Of a stretch of DNA of 64,000 nt, positions 10,736 to 21,016 are shown one piece after another. The stretch is from an uncultured Lachnospiraceae bacterium. GTDB lineage: Bacteria > Bacillota > Clostridia > Lachnospirales > Lachnospiraceae. Position 1 is the stretch's first letter; each line of letters opens with the position of its first letter. The stretch is from contig CASWVG010000010.1 of assembly GCA_949472775.1 (NCBI GenBank), forward strand, positions 4,185 to 68,184, given 5' to 3'. A program made the position numbers and the translations under genes. Under the pieces are notes generated by a model. It was not told the origin of the DNA and made no database searches. It saw only the letters and a program-made list of their open reading frames with translations.

Positions 10736-12931
10736 TTATGTATTGCTGTGAATCTTCTCCTGCGGCATCCAGTGCATCAAAAGCCGCTCCAGCTTTGTCT
10801 GGTCGATCGGCTTCGCAAGAAAGTCATCAAAACCCGCCGCCAGATATTGCTCTTTTGCTCCCAAAATCGCATTTGCCGTCAGCATAATTACAGGCGCTTC
10901 CTTGCAGAGATTATCTTCCATCTCCTTCATTCGCTGCATGGTTTCCATACCGTCCATCTCCGGCATCATATGGTCTAAGAAAATAATGTCATAATGTTTC
11001 TGCCGGATATGGTCAAGGCACTCCTTGCCACTCCCCACATCCGTAATCTTAATCTGTGTCTGTTTCAAGAGGCCGCAGAACACCCTTCTGTTCACGCGGT
11101 TATCATCCACAAGAAGGATTTCTCCATCCGGCGACGTAAAGCTTGCATGATAATTGTGTTCTTTCGCCGCCTTTCTGGCACGCTCCTGGAAGCTGCCGAT
11201 GGGCTCCTCATTCACAACGCCCTGGCGCAGCGTGAAGAAGAAACGTGTGCCCTCGCCGTAAACGCTTTCCACATGCAGGTCCGTATCCATCAGCCTGAGG
11301 AGCTGCATGGAAATATTCATTCCCAGACCCGTACCCTCAATATTGCGGTTTTTCTCCTCATCAATCCGCTCGAACGCGGAGAACAGCTTCGGAATATCCT
11401 CCTGCCTGATGCCAATGCCTGTGTCACGCACCATAAAATGCAGGATCACATCCGTGCCTTCCTGCTCCCCCGTCACCTCAAAAGTAACCGTCCCTTTGCG
11501 GGTGTATTTGACCGCATTAGTCAATAGATTCGTGAGCACCTGCCTGATACGCAGATCATCTCCATAAAGCCTGGACGGCAGCGACGGTTCCACCGACACG
11601 TCAAACCGCAGCCCTTTTTCCTGCGCCCGCAGGGAAAATATGTTATACAGATCGTTGAGCATACTGTTAAATTCATACTCAGCAGGCACAATCTCCATCT
11701 TGCCCGACTCAATCTTGGAGAAATCCAGAATATCGTTGATAATACCCAGAAGTGCGTGTGCCGAAGTTTTGATATCCATGGAGTACTTCTTCACATCCTC
11801 CTCGGAGGATTCCCGCAGCACCATCTCATTCATACCAATCACCGCGTTAATCGGCGTTCTGATTTCATGGGACATTCTCGCCAGGAACTCCGACTTGGCA
11901 CGGTTCGCCTTCTCCGCGTTCGCCTTGAGAAGCTTCATCTGCTCAATCTGATTTCTGCTATGTGTCATATCCACAAACATAATGGAATATCCCGCCAGCA
12001 CCCTGTTGTTCCAGATTTTATTCGCGTGTACCTCAAAGGTATGGTTACAGCTGATATACTCAAAATAATTATTCGCTGCAAAAACCTCTCTCAGGTTCTC
12101 CCTGCAGACCTGCTCTCCCTTTCTGTAGTGGGATAGTTTCTGAAACTGCTCCTTCGCCCTGTCGTTTGCCTCCACAAAGCCTCCGTCCGCATCCACAATC
12201 AGTACCGCCTCATCCATAGACTTGATAATATCCTCATGGGCGGTAACCGTAATATCAAAAATGTGATAGAAAACGATCACCAGACCAAATGCAATAATGC
12301 TCAGCGCCTCACAGGCAGGCACCGCATCGTACCCTTCTATCAACTGGAACATATTGCACAGGAATCCGGGAATCGGCAGAATACTGCAAATCCCCAGCGC
12401 AAACAGATTGATATTCAGCCTGCCCTTGCCGATCCTCCTGTTTGCCTGATAAGTCATAACGAAACAGCCGATCATGTGGATAAACATATGTATCAGAAAC
12501 ACATAGTGGAGCGGTCCTTTCTCCAAAATCAAATGGGGAAAAAGCCCCTCCGTCACAAAGGAAACCCGCGAGTAATAAATGGGCGTGTAACGGTACCCCC
12601 AGATACACAAGAGCACCAGCCCGTCCAGACAGAACATAAGGGCTTCCAGCTTTGCCGGGAGATGACATCCACAATACTTTGCCGTAAATACAAAGAGAAA
12701 GGTAGTAATAAAAGCGCCACCCATAAACTCCACGCGCACGGCAATCATTGCCTCTCCGATGTCCCGGGAAAGCAATTCCAACAGATAGCCTGCATTTTGG
12801 ATCGCACCTAAAAAGCCGAGGCAGAGCATCAGCTTGGAAAGCATATTTTCACGCTGTCTCGTCATAAGAATGACGAAACAAAAGCACCCCAGAACCATGA
12901 GGATCTGGAACCCTACTAAAAACCTAAACAT
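10736..12931 (-). CDS. Hybrid sensor histidine kinase/response regulator with a 7TM N-terminal domain
   Basis: Multiple TM helices, H-box SHEIRTP, N-box NLLTNAVKY, G-boxes DTGIG and GTGLG, C-terminal receiver domain (FLDHMMP). Confidence 0.92.
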   Translation of the reverse strand: MFRFLVGFQILMVLGCFCFVILMTRQRENMLSKLMLCLGFLGAIQNAGYLLELLSRDIGEAMIAVRVEFMGGAFITTFLFVFTAKYCGCHLPAKLEALMFCLDGLVLLCIWGYRYTPIYYSRVSFVTEGLFPHLILEKGPLHYVFLIHMFIHMIGCFVMTYQANRRIGKGRLNINLFALGICSILPIPGFLCNMFQLIEGYDAVPACEALSIIAFGLVIVFYHIFDITVTAHEDIIKSMDEAVLIVDADGGFVEANDRAKEQFQKLSHYRKGEQVCRENLREVFAANNYFEYISCNHTFEVHANKIWNNRVLAGYSIMFVDMTHSRNQIEQMKLLKANAEKANRAKSEFLARMSHEIRTPINAVIGMNEMVLRESSEEDVKKYSMDIKTSAHALLGIINDILDFSKIESGKMEIVPAEYEFNSMLNDLYNIFSLRAQEKGLRFDVSVEPSLPSRLYGDDLRIRQVLTNLLTNAVKYTRKGTVTFEVTGEQEGTDVILHFMVRDTGIGIRQEDIPKLFSAFERIDEEKNRNIEGTGLGMNISMQLLRLMDTDLHVESVYGEGTRFFFTLRQGVVNEEPIGSFQERARKAAKEHNYHASFTSPDGEILLVDDNRVNRRVFCGLLKQTQIKITDVGSGKECLDHIRQKHYDIIFLDHMMPEMDGMETMQRMKEMEDNLCKEAPVIMLTANAILGAKEQYLAAGFDDFLAKPIDQTKLERLLMHWMPQEKIHSNT

Positions 12932-13017
12932 ACTTACCCTCGTCCTAAACCGTTGAGCAGGGGAACTCTCTGTGAAAAGAATTCTCCCTACTCACGCCCG
13001 GTTCCGGCAATCAAATT

Positions 13018-13476
13018 CTACGCCATCGCGTTTGCCTGCTTGTACTTGTAAAGCATCTCCGCATGGTTCTGCTCCTCAATCTGTATGTCGGCAAGCAATT
13101 TTCTCAACCCCGAATTGTCGCAGGAAAACACATTGGTATTGTACTCTCCCGATACCAGTTTCTCCGTCCCAATACAGTCTGTGGCAAGAAAACAATCATG
13201 TTCCTTGTCCGCGGCGTTTGCACCGTCCTTGTATGTGCCCTTCGGCGCATAATTTTTTCCCTGCGTATCATTGCAGTCGCATTCCGGGACATTGCCGTGA
13301 AGCGCCTGTCCGATGGACTGGTAATGCTTCTGCTCATCCTGCTGCAGCGTGCGGAACAGACTCTGCAGTTCCGTGTCCTTCGCCTGGGCAGCGTACTTCT
13401 CATACTTTGTGATACAGGATTTTTCCTGTGTCTGCAAATCGCGCAGCGCGGTCGTCTCTTTTTCCGTCAATATCAT
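13018..13476 (-). CDS. Ferritin-like / spore coat family protein
   Basis: EQKH and EEQNH ExxH motifs. Likely start MILTEKE at 13476 after AAAGGAG. Confidence 0.75.
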   Translation of the reverse strand: MILTEKETTALRDLQTQEKSCITKYEKYAAQAKDTELQSLFRTLQQDEQKHYQSIGQALHGNVPECDCNDTQGKNYAPKGTYKDGANAADKEHDCFLATDCIGTEKLVSGEYNTNVFSCDNSGLRKLLADIQIEEQNHAEMLYKYKQANAMA

Positions 13477-13747
13477 GGTCAACACTCCTTTCTTTCGGAC
13501 GTTGCAGCAGTATGCAGCCATACACTCTCTGCCGTCCTATGAAACCAAGTATTGCCAATCTGGCGAAAATCCATTCATGAACAATATAGTATTTATTATA
13601 CACGGTTACACAGGGGAACACAAGAAAATCCATGCTTCTGTTCAAAAACTCCCGTTTCTACAGACCGCTGACTGTACGCCACGAATATTTTTCAATTTCT
13701 TTTGCTGGTACTGCATGATCCACGGCCTCCATAAAGATTTGTATGAA

Positions 13748-13779
13748 AAATGCCGTAACCCCTTGAGATTACGGCATCT
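13748..13779 (-). terminator. Intrinsic terminator of the NifU-GGGtGRT operon
   Basis: Stem atgccgtaa...ttacggcat with an A-tract on the + strand side. Confidence 0.65.
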
Positions 13780-13819
13780 TAAATGCATTTTTCAATACAA
13801 CTTTTTATTCAGTCAGACT

Positions 13820-14830
13820 TTAGAACTTCCCTGCCTTAGCAGCTTCCTCGATCGAAACAGCCACAGCTACGGTAGCGCCTACCATCGGGTTGTTACCCAT
13901 ACCGATCAGACCCATCATCTCCACGTGCGCTGGAACGGAAGAGGAACCGGCAAACTGTGCGTCGGAGTGCATACGGCCAAGTGTATCAGTAAAGCCGTAA
14001 GAAGCGGGACCTGCCGCCATGTTATCGGGATGCAGGGTACGGCCTGTGCCGCCGCCGGATGCAACAGAGAAGTACTTCTTATCTGCCTCTGTTCTCTCCT
14101 TCTTGTATGTACCTGCTACCGGATGCTGGAATCTGGTCGGGTTGGTGGAGTTACCGGTGATGGATACATCCACGTTCTCTTTCCACATGATAGCCACACC
14201 CTCGGGCACGGAGTTTGCGCCGTAGCAGTTAACCTTGGAACGAAGACCCTCAGAATAAGGCGTTCTGCTCACTTCCTTCACCTCGTTGGTGTAGGGATCA
14301 TACTCGGTCTCCACAAAGGTGAAACCGTTGATTCTGGAAATGATCTTCGCAGCGTCTTTTCCAAGACCGTTCAGAATGACACGAAGGGGTTTCTGACGAA
14401 CCTTGTTCGCCTTCTCAGCGATACCGATCGCACCCTCAGCAGCCGCGAAAGACTCGTGGCCTGCCAGGAATGCGAAGCAGTCTGTCTCCTCCTCAAGGAG
14501 CATCTTGCCAAGATTACCATGACCCAGACCTACCTTACGGGTGTCAGCCACGGAACCGGGAATACAGAATGCCTGCAGACCCTCACCGATTGCAGCCGCA
14601 GCGTCAGCCGCCTTCTTGCAGTCCTTCTTGATTGCGATAGCCGCGCCTACAGTATAAGCCCAGCATGCGTTCTCAAAACAGATGGGCTGGATCTTCTTCA
14701 CCTGCTCATATACATCCAAGCCGGCGTCTTTTGTGATTTTCTCTGCTTCTTCGATGGAAGAAATGCCATAGCTGCTCAATACGGAATTGATTTTATCAAT
14801 TCTTCTTTCATATGATTCAAATAAAGCCAT
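13820..14830 (-). CDS. GGGtGRT protein
   Basis: Contains the signature SGGGTGRTLHPDNM; typical pairing with the upstream NifU-like gene. Confidence 0.92.
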   Translation of the reverse strand: MALFESYERRIDKINSVLSSYGISSIEEAEKITKDAGLDVYEQVKKIQPICFENACWAYTVGAAIAIKKDCKKAADAAAAIGEGLQAFCIPGSVADTRKVGLGHGNLGKMLLEEETDCFAFLAGHESFAAAEGAIGIAEKANKVRQKPLRVILNGLGKDAAKIISRINGFTFVETEYDPYTNEVKEVSRTPYSEGLRSKVNCYGANSVPEGVAIMWKENVDVSITGNSTNPTRFQHPVAGTYKKERTEADKKYFSVASGGGTGRTLHPDNMAAGPASYGFTDTLGRMHSDAQFAGSSSVPAHVEMMGLIGMGNNPMVGATVAVAVSIEEAAKAGKF

Positions 14831-14873
14831 CTTATCTTCTCCTCCTGATTTTTGTATAACTTCCCTCTAAACT

Positions 14874-15034
14874 ACTGTTCAGCCCGCGCCATTCGCAAAG
14901 CCACTCTTTCAGCGTTCTTAGCTGGTTCGCAGGCCCAGATTGCGCAAAGCCCAGCCGGCTCAGTACTGGCGTCCCTCAGAACTTCATCTATATCCAGATT
15001 CATATGTCCTATAGATTCGTTCTGGCTGAACTGT
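14874..15034. repeat. Intergenic MITE/REP-like element with terminal inverted repeats
   Basis: Ends actgttcagcc and ggctgaactgt (10/11 inverted match). A related shorter copy lies at about 20938-21014. Confidence 0.55.
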
Positions 15035-15040
15035 TTCACT

Positions 15041-15733
15041 CTATTCACATCTGGGATCGATGATCTTAACAGCGTCGTCCACGCGACCGTACTGACCACA
15101 AGCCTTCTCGTAAGCTGTGTTCGGGTCGTCGCCCTTCTTGATGAAGTCTGTCATCTTGCCAAGGCTCACGAACTTGTAACCGATAATCTCGTCATTCGCG
15201 TCCAGAGCGATCCCTGTCACATAACCCTCTGCCATCTCGAGGTAACGGGGACCTTTCTTAAGCGTGCCGTACATGGTACCTACCTGGCTTCTTAAGCCCT
15301 TACCAAGATCCTCAAGACCTGCACCTACCGGAAGACCATCCTCGGAGAATGCAGACTGTGTACGACCGTACACGATCTGTAAGAACAGCTCTCTCATAGC
15401 CGTGTTGATAGCGTCACACACCAGATCCGTGTTGAGCGCTTCCATAACCGTAAGACCCGGCAAAATCTCGGAAGCCATCGCTGCGGAGTGCGTCATACCG
15501 GAGCATCCGATTGTCTCAACAAGCGCCTCCTGAATGATACCCTCTTTTACGTTCAAGGTCAGCTTACAAGCGCCCTGCTGAGGAGCACACCAGCCTACGC
15601 CGTGTGTCAGACCGGAAATATCTTTTACTTCCTTCGCCTGCACCCACTTTGCTTCCTCGGGGATAGGAGCACAGCCATGATGAACGCCCTGTGCCACTGT
15701 ACACATTTCTTCCACTTCTTTTGAATAGATCAT
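15041..15733 (-). CDS. NifU/IscU-like Fe-S scaffold domain protein
   Basis: GWCAPQQGACKLTL, TIGCSG and LVCDA cysteine motifs; adjacent to GGGtGRT. Confidence 0.85.
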   Translation of the reverse strand: MIYSKEVEEMCTVAQGVHHGCAPIPEEAKWVQAKEVKDISGLTHGVGWCAPQQGACKLTLNVKEGIIQEALVETIGCSGMTHSAAMASEILPGLTVMEALNTDLVCDAINTAMRELFLQIVYGRTQSAFSEDGLPVGAGLEDLGKGLRSQVGTMYGTLKKGPRYLEMAEGYVTGIALDANDEIIGYKFVSLGKMTDFIKKGDDPNTAYEKACGQYGRVDDAVKIIDPRCE

Positions 15734-15861
15734 GTGATAACTCCTTTCGATTATGTATTAATTATTTGATAACAGGTCAAAAACCTGTCATAACCGCCAG
15801 TCTCATTGTCTCATATCAGAGGAAAAAAATCCAGATGTTTTTTCTTACTTTTCATGAGCTC

Positions 15862-18060
15862 TTAACCTATGAAGTACTCCGATATATCAAAGCTGTTTAT
15901 CAGGGCAAGCCCATTTTCTTCCTTGCACTCAAGCCAGCTTGCGCTGCTTCGCGTCCAGCTTCTTAAAGAGTAGTTAAACAGTTCCTCTGTACAGCGGCAG
16001 TGCGAATCGCTCTTGTCCAGATTTCGCAGGATACAGTTCTCACATGGCGTATCCCTGTTCTGCAATGCCTTGTAACAGATATCTCCGATTTTCACATCCG
16101 GCGATTCCACCAGTACTTTTTTATTGATAAAACTGATCTCATAATTATCCGGATTTACAACATAAACAAAACTGTCCAGATTGTCGAAGACAGCGACCTG
16201 CGCCACGAAATTCTGCAGTCTGTCCATCAGACCGATCTGGAGAATGTGTGCCTCCATCAGCCGGAACAGAGAACGCACCTCTTCCATCTCACTCTTGGAG
16301 AGTTCCATCTGCACGTCCTCATGGTTTTCAAATACGATAGCTCCTTGAAACTCTCCCTGCGAAGTCAGCGGGTAATAGAGCATGCTCTTAATACCCTCCG
16401 CCCGGAAATACTCGCGCATCTCCTCCGCCGTCAGATCGTAATCATGAATCATAGCCACGCCCGGGAAGAAAGAGTAAAGGATCTCGTTCACCATCCTTTT
16501 CAGTTCATAGTGTTCTTCCGCTTCCTTTCCTGTGGCATACTTCTTGACGGTAAACTGTATCGTTCGTGAAATCGGAAGCGAATCGTTTCCGCAGATATAG
16601 CCTCTGTGAAACTGGTATTTTGCCGTCATCAGCTCCAGAGAAGACCGCAACGCAGATTCCAGTACCTTATCCTCAAACAGGATCTGCATGACCTGATCCT
16701 CGATATGTCTGTCAAAATCTATTGTCTTCGTCATATCATAGCCGACTTTTCTGTTGGCATGATACACTGTCGTGCTCGCGGCATGATAGACGCGGTAACC
16801 GTCTTTGCCGTTCGCCTTAACTGTGTAAACAGCCCTGTCCGCCTTCTCGAAAAGTTCCTCGTAAATCGTGCCATGATAAGGATAAACAGCAACGCCCACA
16901 CTGCAGGTCACATGGATCGGCTGCTCCTCAAACTCCAAATCATACCGCACCGATTTTACAATATTTCCCGCCATCTCATCCGCATCGGAAATGCTAGGCA
17001 GATTTCTCATATAGATCATGAATTCATCACCGCCGATACGGCCGATCACGTCACCACCCTTAAACATTTCTTTCAAAATCTCGGCGGTTTTACACAGAAG
17101 CTCGTCGCCGTTGGCGTGCCCCAGAAGATCGTTGGCCTCCTTAAAATTATCCAGGTCAATAATCATCAGTGCACTCAGATCATTATCTGTTGCGCCCTCA
17201 ATCGCATTGCGGATCAGCTGCTCGGTGGCACCCTGATTGTAAATGCCTGTCAGCGCATCCTTTTCGGCACGCAGAAGAAGCTCCATCTCTTTGAGCTTTT
17301 TGTCATGAATATTGATCATACGACCCACAATGCGGGTCACGTACCCTTCCGCGCCAAGAAGGGACGTCAGATTGGCCTGATACCATGTAAAATCTTTATC
17401 AAACCGCTTGATCCTGAACTCGATTGTATCGTGTTTGGGCGACTTAAGCAGCCCCTCCAGAACTGCCTTGTAATAAGCCACATCCTCTTTATAGATCGTT
17501 GCCGCGTTAAACCGCTCGATATATCTGCTGTAAATTTTATCCTGCGCCATTCCATACTCGTCGTTGGACCGGATAACCATGACATCCGTCTTGGCGTTAT
17601 AGTCAATAATCTTCTCTCCTTCCGCCTCCGACAAAATATGCAGACGCTCCGCCTGCCTTTGCAGCTCTTCCTCCACACTCTTTCTCTCGGTTATATCCTC
17701 GATCACAGATACAATCGTATATTTTCTTCCCTCTCTGGCATAAAGATTCCCCCGGACATGGAGCCAGCGCAGATTCCCGCTGCCCGTGACAGTACGAAAC
17801 TCAGTATCTACCACACCGTCATCCTTCAGCACATCCCTGATGGCCTGCCTGTAGGTCGGCAGATCATCAGGAATAATACTCAGCTCCACCTTCTCCAGAT
17901 ATTTCATGCCCTCTACCCGGGAATAACCCAGCATGCGGAAAAATCCTTCGTTGACAAAAATGGGGCTCAGCTCTCCATCCTCATACTCGAAGAAGCAGAT
18001 TCCCGCTATGATATTGTCGATCATAGAGCCAAAGTTTTCAATACTTAAATCAATTGCCAT
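15862..18060 (-). CDS. PAS/GGDEF/GAF diguanylate cyclase
   Basis: PAS-PAC region, DALTG, DLDNFK and an intact RIGGDEF. Likely start MAIDL at 18060. Confidence 0.9.
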   Translation of the reverse strand: MAIDLSIENFGSMIDNIIAGICFFEYEDGELSPIFVNEGFFRMLGYSRVEGMKYLEKVELSIIPDDLPTYRQAIRDVLKDDGVVDTEFRTVTGSGNLRWLHVRGNLYAREGRKYTIVSVIEDITERKSVEEELQRQAERLHILSEAEGEKIIDYNAKTDVMVIRSNDEYGMAQDKIYSRYIERFNAATIYKEDVAYYKAVLEGLLKSPKHDTIEFRIKRFDKDFTWYQANLTSLLGAEGYVTRIVGRMINIHDKKLKEMELLLRAEKDALTGIYNQGATEQLIRNAIEGATDNDLSALMIIDLDNFKEANDLLGHANGDELLCKTAEILKEMFKGGDVIGRIGGDEFMIYMRNLPSISDADEMAGNIVKSVRYDLEFEEQPIHVTCSVGVAVYPYHGTIYEELFEKADRAVYTVKANGKDGYRVYHAASTTVYHANRKVGYDMTKTIDFDRHIEDQVMQILFEDKVLESALRSSLELMTAKYQFHRGYICGNDSLPISRTIQFTVKKYATGKEAEEHYELKRMVNEILYSFFPGVAMIHDYDLTAEEMREYFRAEGIKSMLYYPLTSQGEFQGAIVFENHEDVQMELSKSEMEEVRSLFRLMEAHILQIGLMDRLQNFVAQVAVFDNLDSFVYVVNPDNYEISFINKKVLVESPDVKIGDICYKALQNRDTPCENCILRNLDKSDSHCRCTEELFNYSLRSWTRSSASWLECKEENGLALINSFDISEYFIG

Positions 18061-18116
18061 ATGCTCATCCCCAACACACACTTTCTCTTACTGTTCTACC
18101 GCTTTTCCGACTCCGG

Positions 18117-18794
18117 CTACTGCCGTTTTTCCACTATTTCACCCTGCCGCTTATAGATACTTCCCGGCGGAATTACCCCTCTTACCATGGAAGTCGGATA
18201 AATATTGGTGTTTTTGCCAATCACCGTACCGGGATTTAAGACGGAATTACACCCCACTTCCACCTGATCGCCAAGCATGGCGCCAAACTTCTTTAAGCCC
18301 GTCTCAGACAATTCCTCTCCCGCTTTCACCACCACCAGCGTCTTGTCGCTCTTCACATTGGAGGTAATGGAGCCGGCTCCCATATGTGCCTTGTAGCCTA
18401 AAATGCTGTCGCCAACATAGTTGTAATGAGGCACCTGCACCTTATTAAAGAGAATCACGTTTTTCAGTTCGGTGGAATTGCCGACTACTGCGCCTTTTCC
18501 CACAATCGCGCTTCCTCTGATAAAGGCACAGTGACGTATCTCCGCCTCCTCGTCGATAATCGCAGGGCCACCGATATAGGCGCTTGGAAACACCTTCGCA
18601 TTCCTTGCGATCCAGATATTGCCTTCTCTTCTCTCGTACTTCTCCTCCGGAAGCGTCTCCCCCAGAGCGATAATAAAATCTTTAATCTTCGGCAGCGCCT
18701 CCCACGGATAAGTAAGCCCTGCAAACAATTCCTTTGCGATTGTCTCCTCCAGTGTATAGAGTGCTGCAATCGCAGTGTCCTGCAATCCGATCAT
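18117..18794 (-). CDS. GlmU-like hexapeptide-repeat acyltransferase
   Basis: Left-handed beta-helix repeats, VPHYNYVGDSILG and KFGAMLGD; no N-terminal pyrophosphorylase domain. Confidence 0.85.
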   Translation of the reverse strand: MIGLQDTAIAALYTLEETIAKELFAGLTYPWEALPKIKDFIIALGETLPEEKYERREGNIWIARNAKVFPSAYIGGPAIIDEEAEIRHCAFIRGSAIVGKGAVVGNSTELKNVILFNKVQVPHYNYVGDSILGYKAHMGAGSITSNVKSDKTLVVVKAGEELSETGLKKFGAMLGDQVEVGCNSVLNPGTVIGKNTNIYPTSMVRGVIPPGSIYKRQGEIVEKRQ

Positions 18795-18885
18795 TTTGTT
18801 TACCCCTTTTCTTTATGATACCTTTCCGGTCATGCTGGCATTCTCTTATGTGAAGTTTAAAACACTTAGCGAGGTTCTTTCGAGC

Positions 18886-20913
18886 TTAATGTTTTCCTTC
18901 ACATTTATAAAACTGGGACGCATATTGAAACCTGTGGTATAGCGCACTCTGATTCGTCATCTGTTTTACGATATTCGTTCTTCTGGTGACGAAATCATCC
19001 AGTTTCCCCATGTACTCTTCCTCTGTAATCTCCCCGGCAGCCACAAGGGTCAATCCCTTCTCCCAGCTTGCCGTCAGTCTTGGGTCAAGAAGCGGCTTCA
19101 CGGAACCAGCAACCACCTCATAAATCATCTCTCCCAGAAGTGTGGGGGTGATAATCTGCGTCTTTTTATTCAAATCCAGATATTTGATATGTACTAGCTT
19201 CTTCAAAATTTCCGCTCTGGTAGCGGAAGTGCCGATCCCGCTTCCCTTAATCTGCGCGCGCAGTTCCTCGTCCTCAATAAACTGCCCTGCATTTTCCATC
19301 GTCAGAATCATGGTTCCCGAATTGTAACGCTTGGGCGGGGAGGTCTCCCCCTCCTTCTTTTCCAGCGCTTTTTTTTCAAGCGGCGCGCCCTTTTTCAGAG
19401 CACCCAGCGCCTCCATGAACGATATGTCACAGGAATCCTCCTGTTCCTTATCGGCATTCTCTCTTTCAGTATACTCCTCTGCCTTCTTTCTTGCAAAAGA
19501 ATTTTGCGAAACTTCGAGAAATCCCTGCTCCACCTGCACTTTGAACCCGGAAATAAAGATCTCTCCCTTACATTTCGCCGTCAAAGTGATCTTCTGATAG
19601 ACAGCTGCCGGATAAAAAATACTTAAAAACCGTCTGGCTATGATCTCGTATACCTTCGCCGAAGTGGGATGCAGGCTGTTCAGCGCTGCAAGCCCCTGTC
19701 CTGTCGGAATGATCGCGTAGTGATCCGTAATCTGCTTATCGTTCACATATCTTGATTTCGCGATACCTTTAAACCGTTCTTCCTTCAGAATTTTCTCCGC
19801 AAATGCCGCAACAGGCTGGTAATTTTGCAGCCCTTTTATGTTTTTACCGATCTCCTTTGCCACTGCCGTGGAAAGCACCCTGGCGTCCGTTCTTGGGTAA
19901 GTGGTCAGTTTTTTCTCATATAGTTCCTGTGCGATCCTAAGCGTCTCATCCGGACTGATCTTAAAGAGCTTGGAGCAGTCGTTTTGCAGCTCCGCCAGAT
20001 TGTACAGAAGCGGCGGGTTCTTTGTCTCCTTCTTCCGCTCGATCTTTTCCACCAGAGGTTTCTCCTCCGGCTCTGCCTGCAAAAAAGACAGAAAATCGTC
20101 CGCGTCCTTTTCCTCTAAAAACCCGTTGTCCTTATAGATTTTTGGGGACTGGTAAAACCGGGACTCCTCCACGGCTTTCCACTCCAGCGTACATTCATGT
20201 CCCGCAATATCCGCCTTCATCAGAATACGGTAAAAGGGAATTTTTACAAACTCTCTGATCTCCCGCTCGCGGTTTACCACCATGCCGAGCACACAGGTCA
20301 TCACCCTGCCGACAGAAACCACCGCCTTGTCTGCATTCAGATAATTTTTAATCGAATAACTGTATTTCAGGGTGAGGGCACGGGAAAAATTGATTCCCAT
20401 GAGATAGTCCTCTTTCGCCCGCAGATACGCCGCATTGGAAAGATTGTCATACGCAGAGAGATCCTTTGCCTCTCTGATGCCCCGCAGAATCTCCTCCTCC
20501 GTCTGGGAGTCGATCCACACCCGCTTTCTGTCTTTTCCCGAAACACCCGCCTGCTGTTCCACCAGACGGTAAATGTATTCCCCTTCCCGCCCGGAGTCGG
20601 TGCAGACATAGATTGTCTCCACATCCGCCCTGTTCAAAAGGCCGCTCACAATGCCAAACTGCTTTTTCACACTGTCAATCACTTCATACTTAAACTCATC
20701 CGGGATAAAAGGGATCGTCTCCAACGACCATCTCTTATACTTTTCATCGTAGGCCTCCGGGTAACTCATGGTGACCAGATGCCCCACGCACCAAGTTACA
20801 ACAGCCTCCTCGGACTCCATATAACCATCACGGTTCTTCATGTTGTATTTTAACGCTTTTGCGAACTCCTTTGCCACGCTGGGCTTCTCCGCAATAAACA
20901 AACTTTTTCCCAT
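18886..20913 (-). CDS. topB: DNA topoisomerase III (type IA)
   Basis: IAEKPSVA, TDSGREGE (TOPRIM), SVGRV, TYPRTD (catalytic Tyr), DHYAIIPT, GIGTSATR. Confidence 0.88.
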   Translation of the reverse strand: MGKSLFIAEKPSVAKEFAKALKYNMKNRDGYMESEEAVVTWCVGHLVTMSYPEAYDEKYKRWSLETIPFIPDEFKYEVIDSVKKQFGIVSGLLNRADVETIYVCTDSGREGEYIYRLVEQQAGVSGKDRKRVWIDSQTEEEILRGIREAKDLSAYDNLSNAAYLRAKEDYLMGINFSRALTLKYSYSIKNYLNADKAVVSVGRVMTCVLGMVVNREREIREFVKIPFYRILMKADIAGHECTLEWKAVEESRFYQSPKIYKDNGFLEEKDADDFLSFLQAEPEEKPLVEKIERKKETKNPPLLYNLAELQNDCSKLFKISPDETLRIAQELYEKKLTTYPRTDARVLSTAVAKEIGKNIKGLQNYQPVAAFAEKILKEERFKGIAKSRYVNDKQITDHYAIIPTGQGLAALNSLHPTSAKVYEIIARRFLSIFYPAAVYQKITLTAKCKGEIFISGFKVQVEQGFLEVSQNSFARKKAEEYTERENADKEQEDSCDISFMEALGALKKGAPLEKKALEKKEGETSPPKRYNSGTMILTMENAGQFIEDEELRAQIKGSGIGTSATRAEILKKLVHIKYLDLNKKTQIITPTLLGEMIYEVVAGSVKPLLDPRLTASWEKGLTLVAAGEITEEEYMGKLDDFVTRRTNIVKQMTNQSALYHRFQYASQFYKCEGKH

Positions 20914-20937
20914 AAATCTCCTGCCGTCACTTTACAT

Positions 20938-21014
20938 AGCCGTTCAGCCCATCCCCTTCTATAAAACCTCGTGCAAGCACGCCTTGCCCGAAAGATTCGG
21001 TCTGACCGAACTGT
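20938..21014. repeat. Degenerate short copy of the 14874-15034 element
   Basis: Left end gttcagccc shared. Right end gattcggtctgaccgaactgt versus gattcgttctggctgaactgt (18/21). Confidence 0.5.
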
Positions 21015-21016
21015 AA

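Noticed and set aside
13349-14815. 488-aa plus-strand ORF
   Set aside because: Antisense shadow of the GGGtGRT gene with no motifs.
16606-18048. 480-aa plus-strand ORF
   Set aside because: Antisense shadow of the diguanylate cyclase gene.
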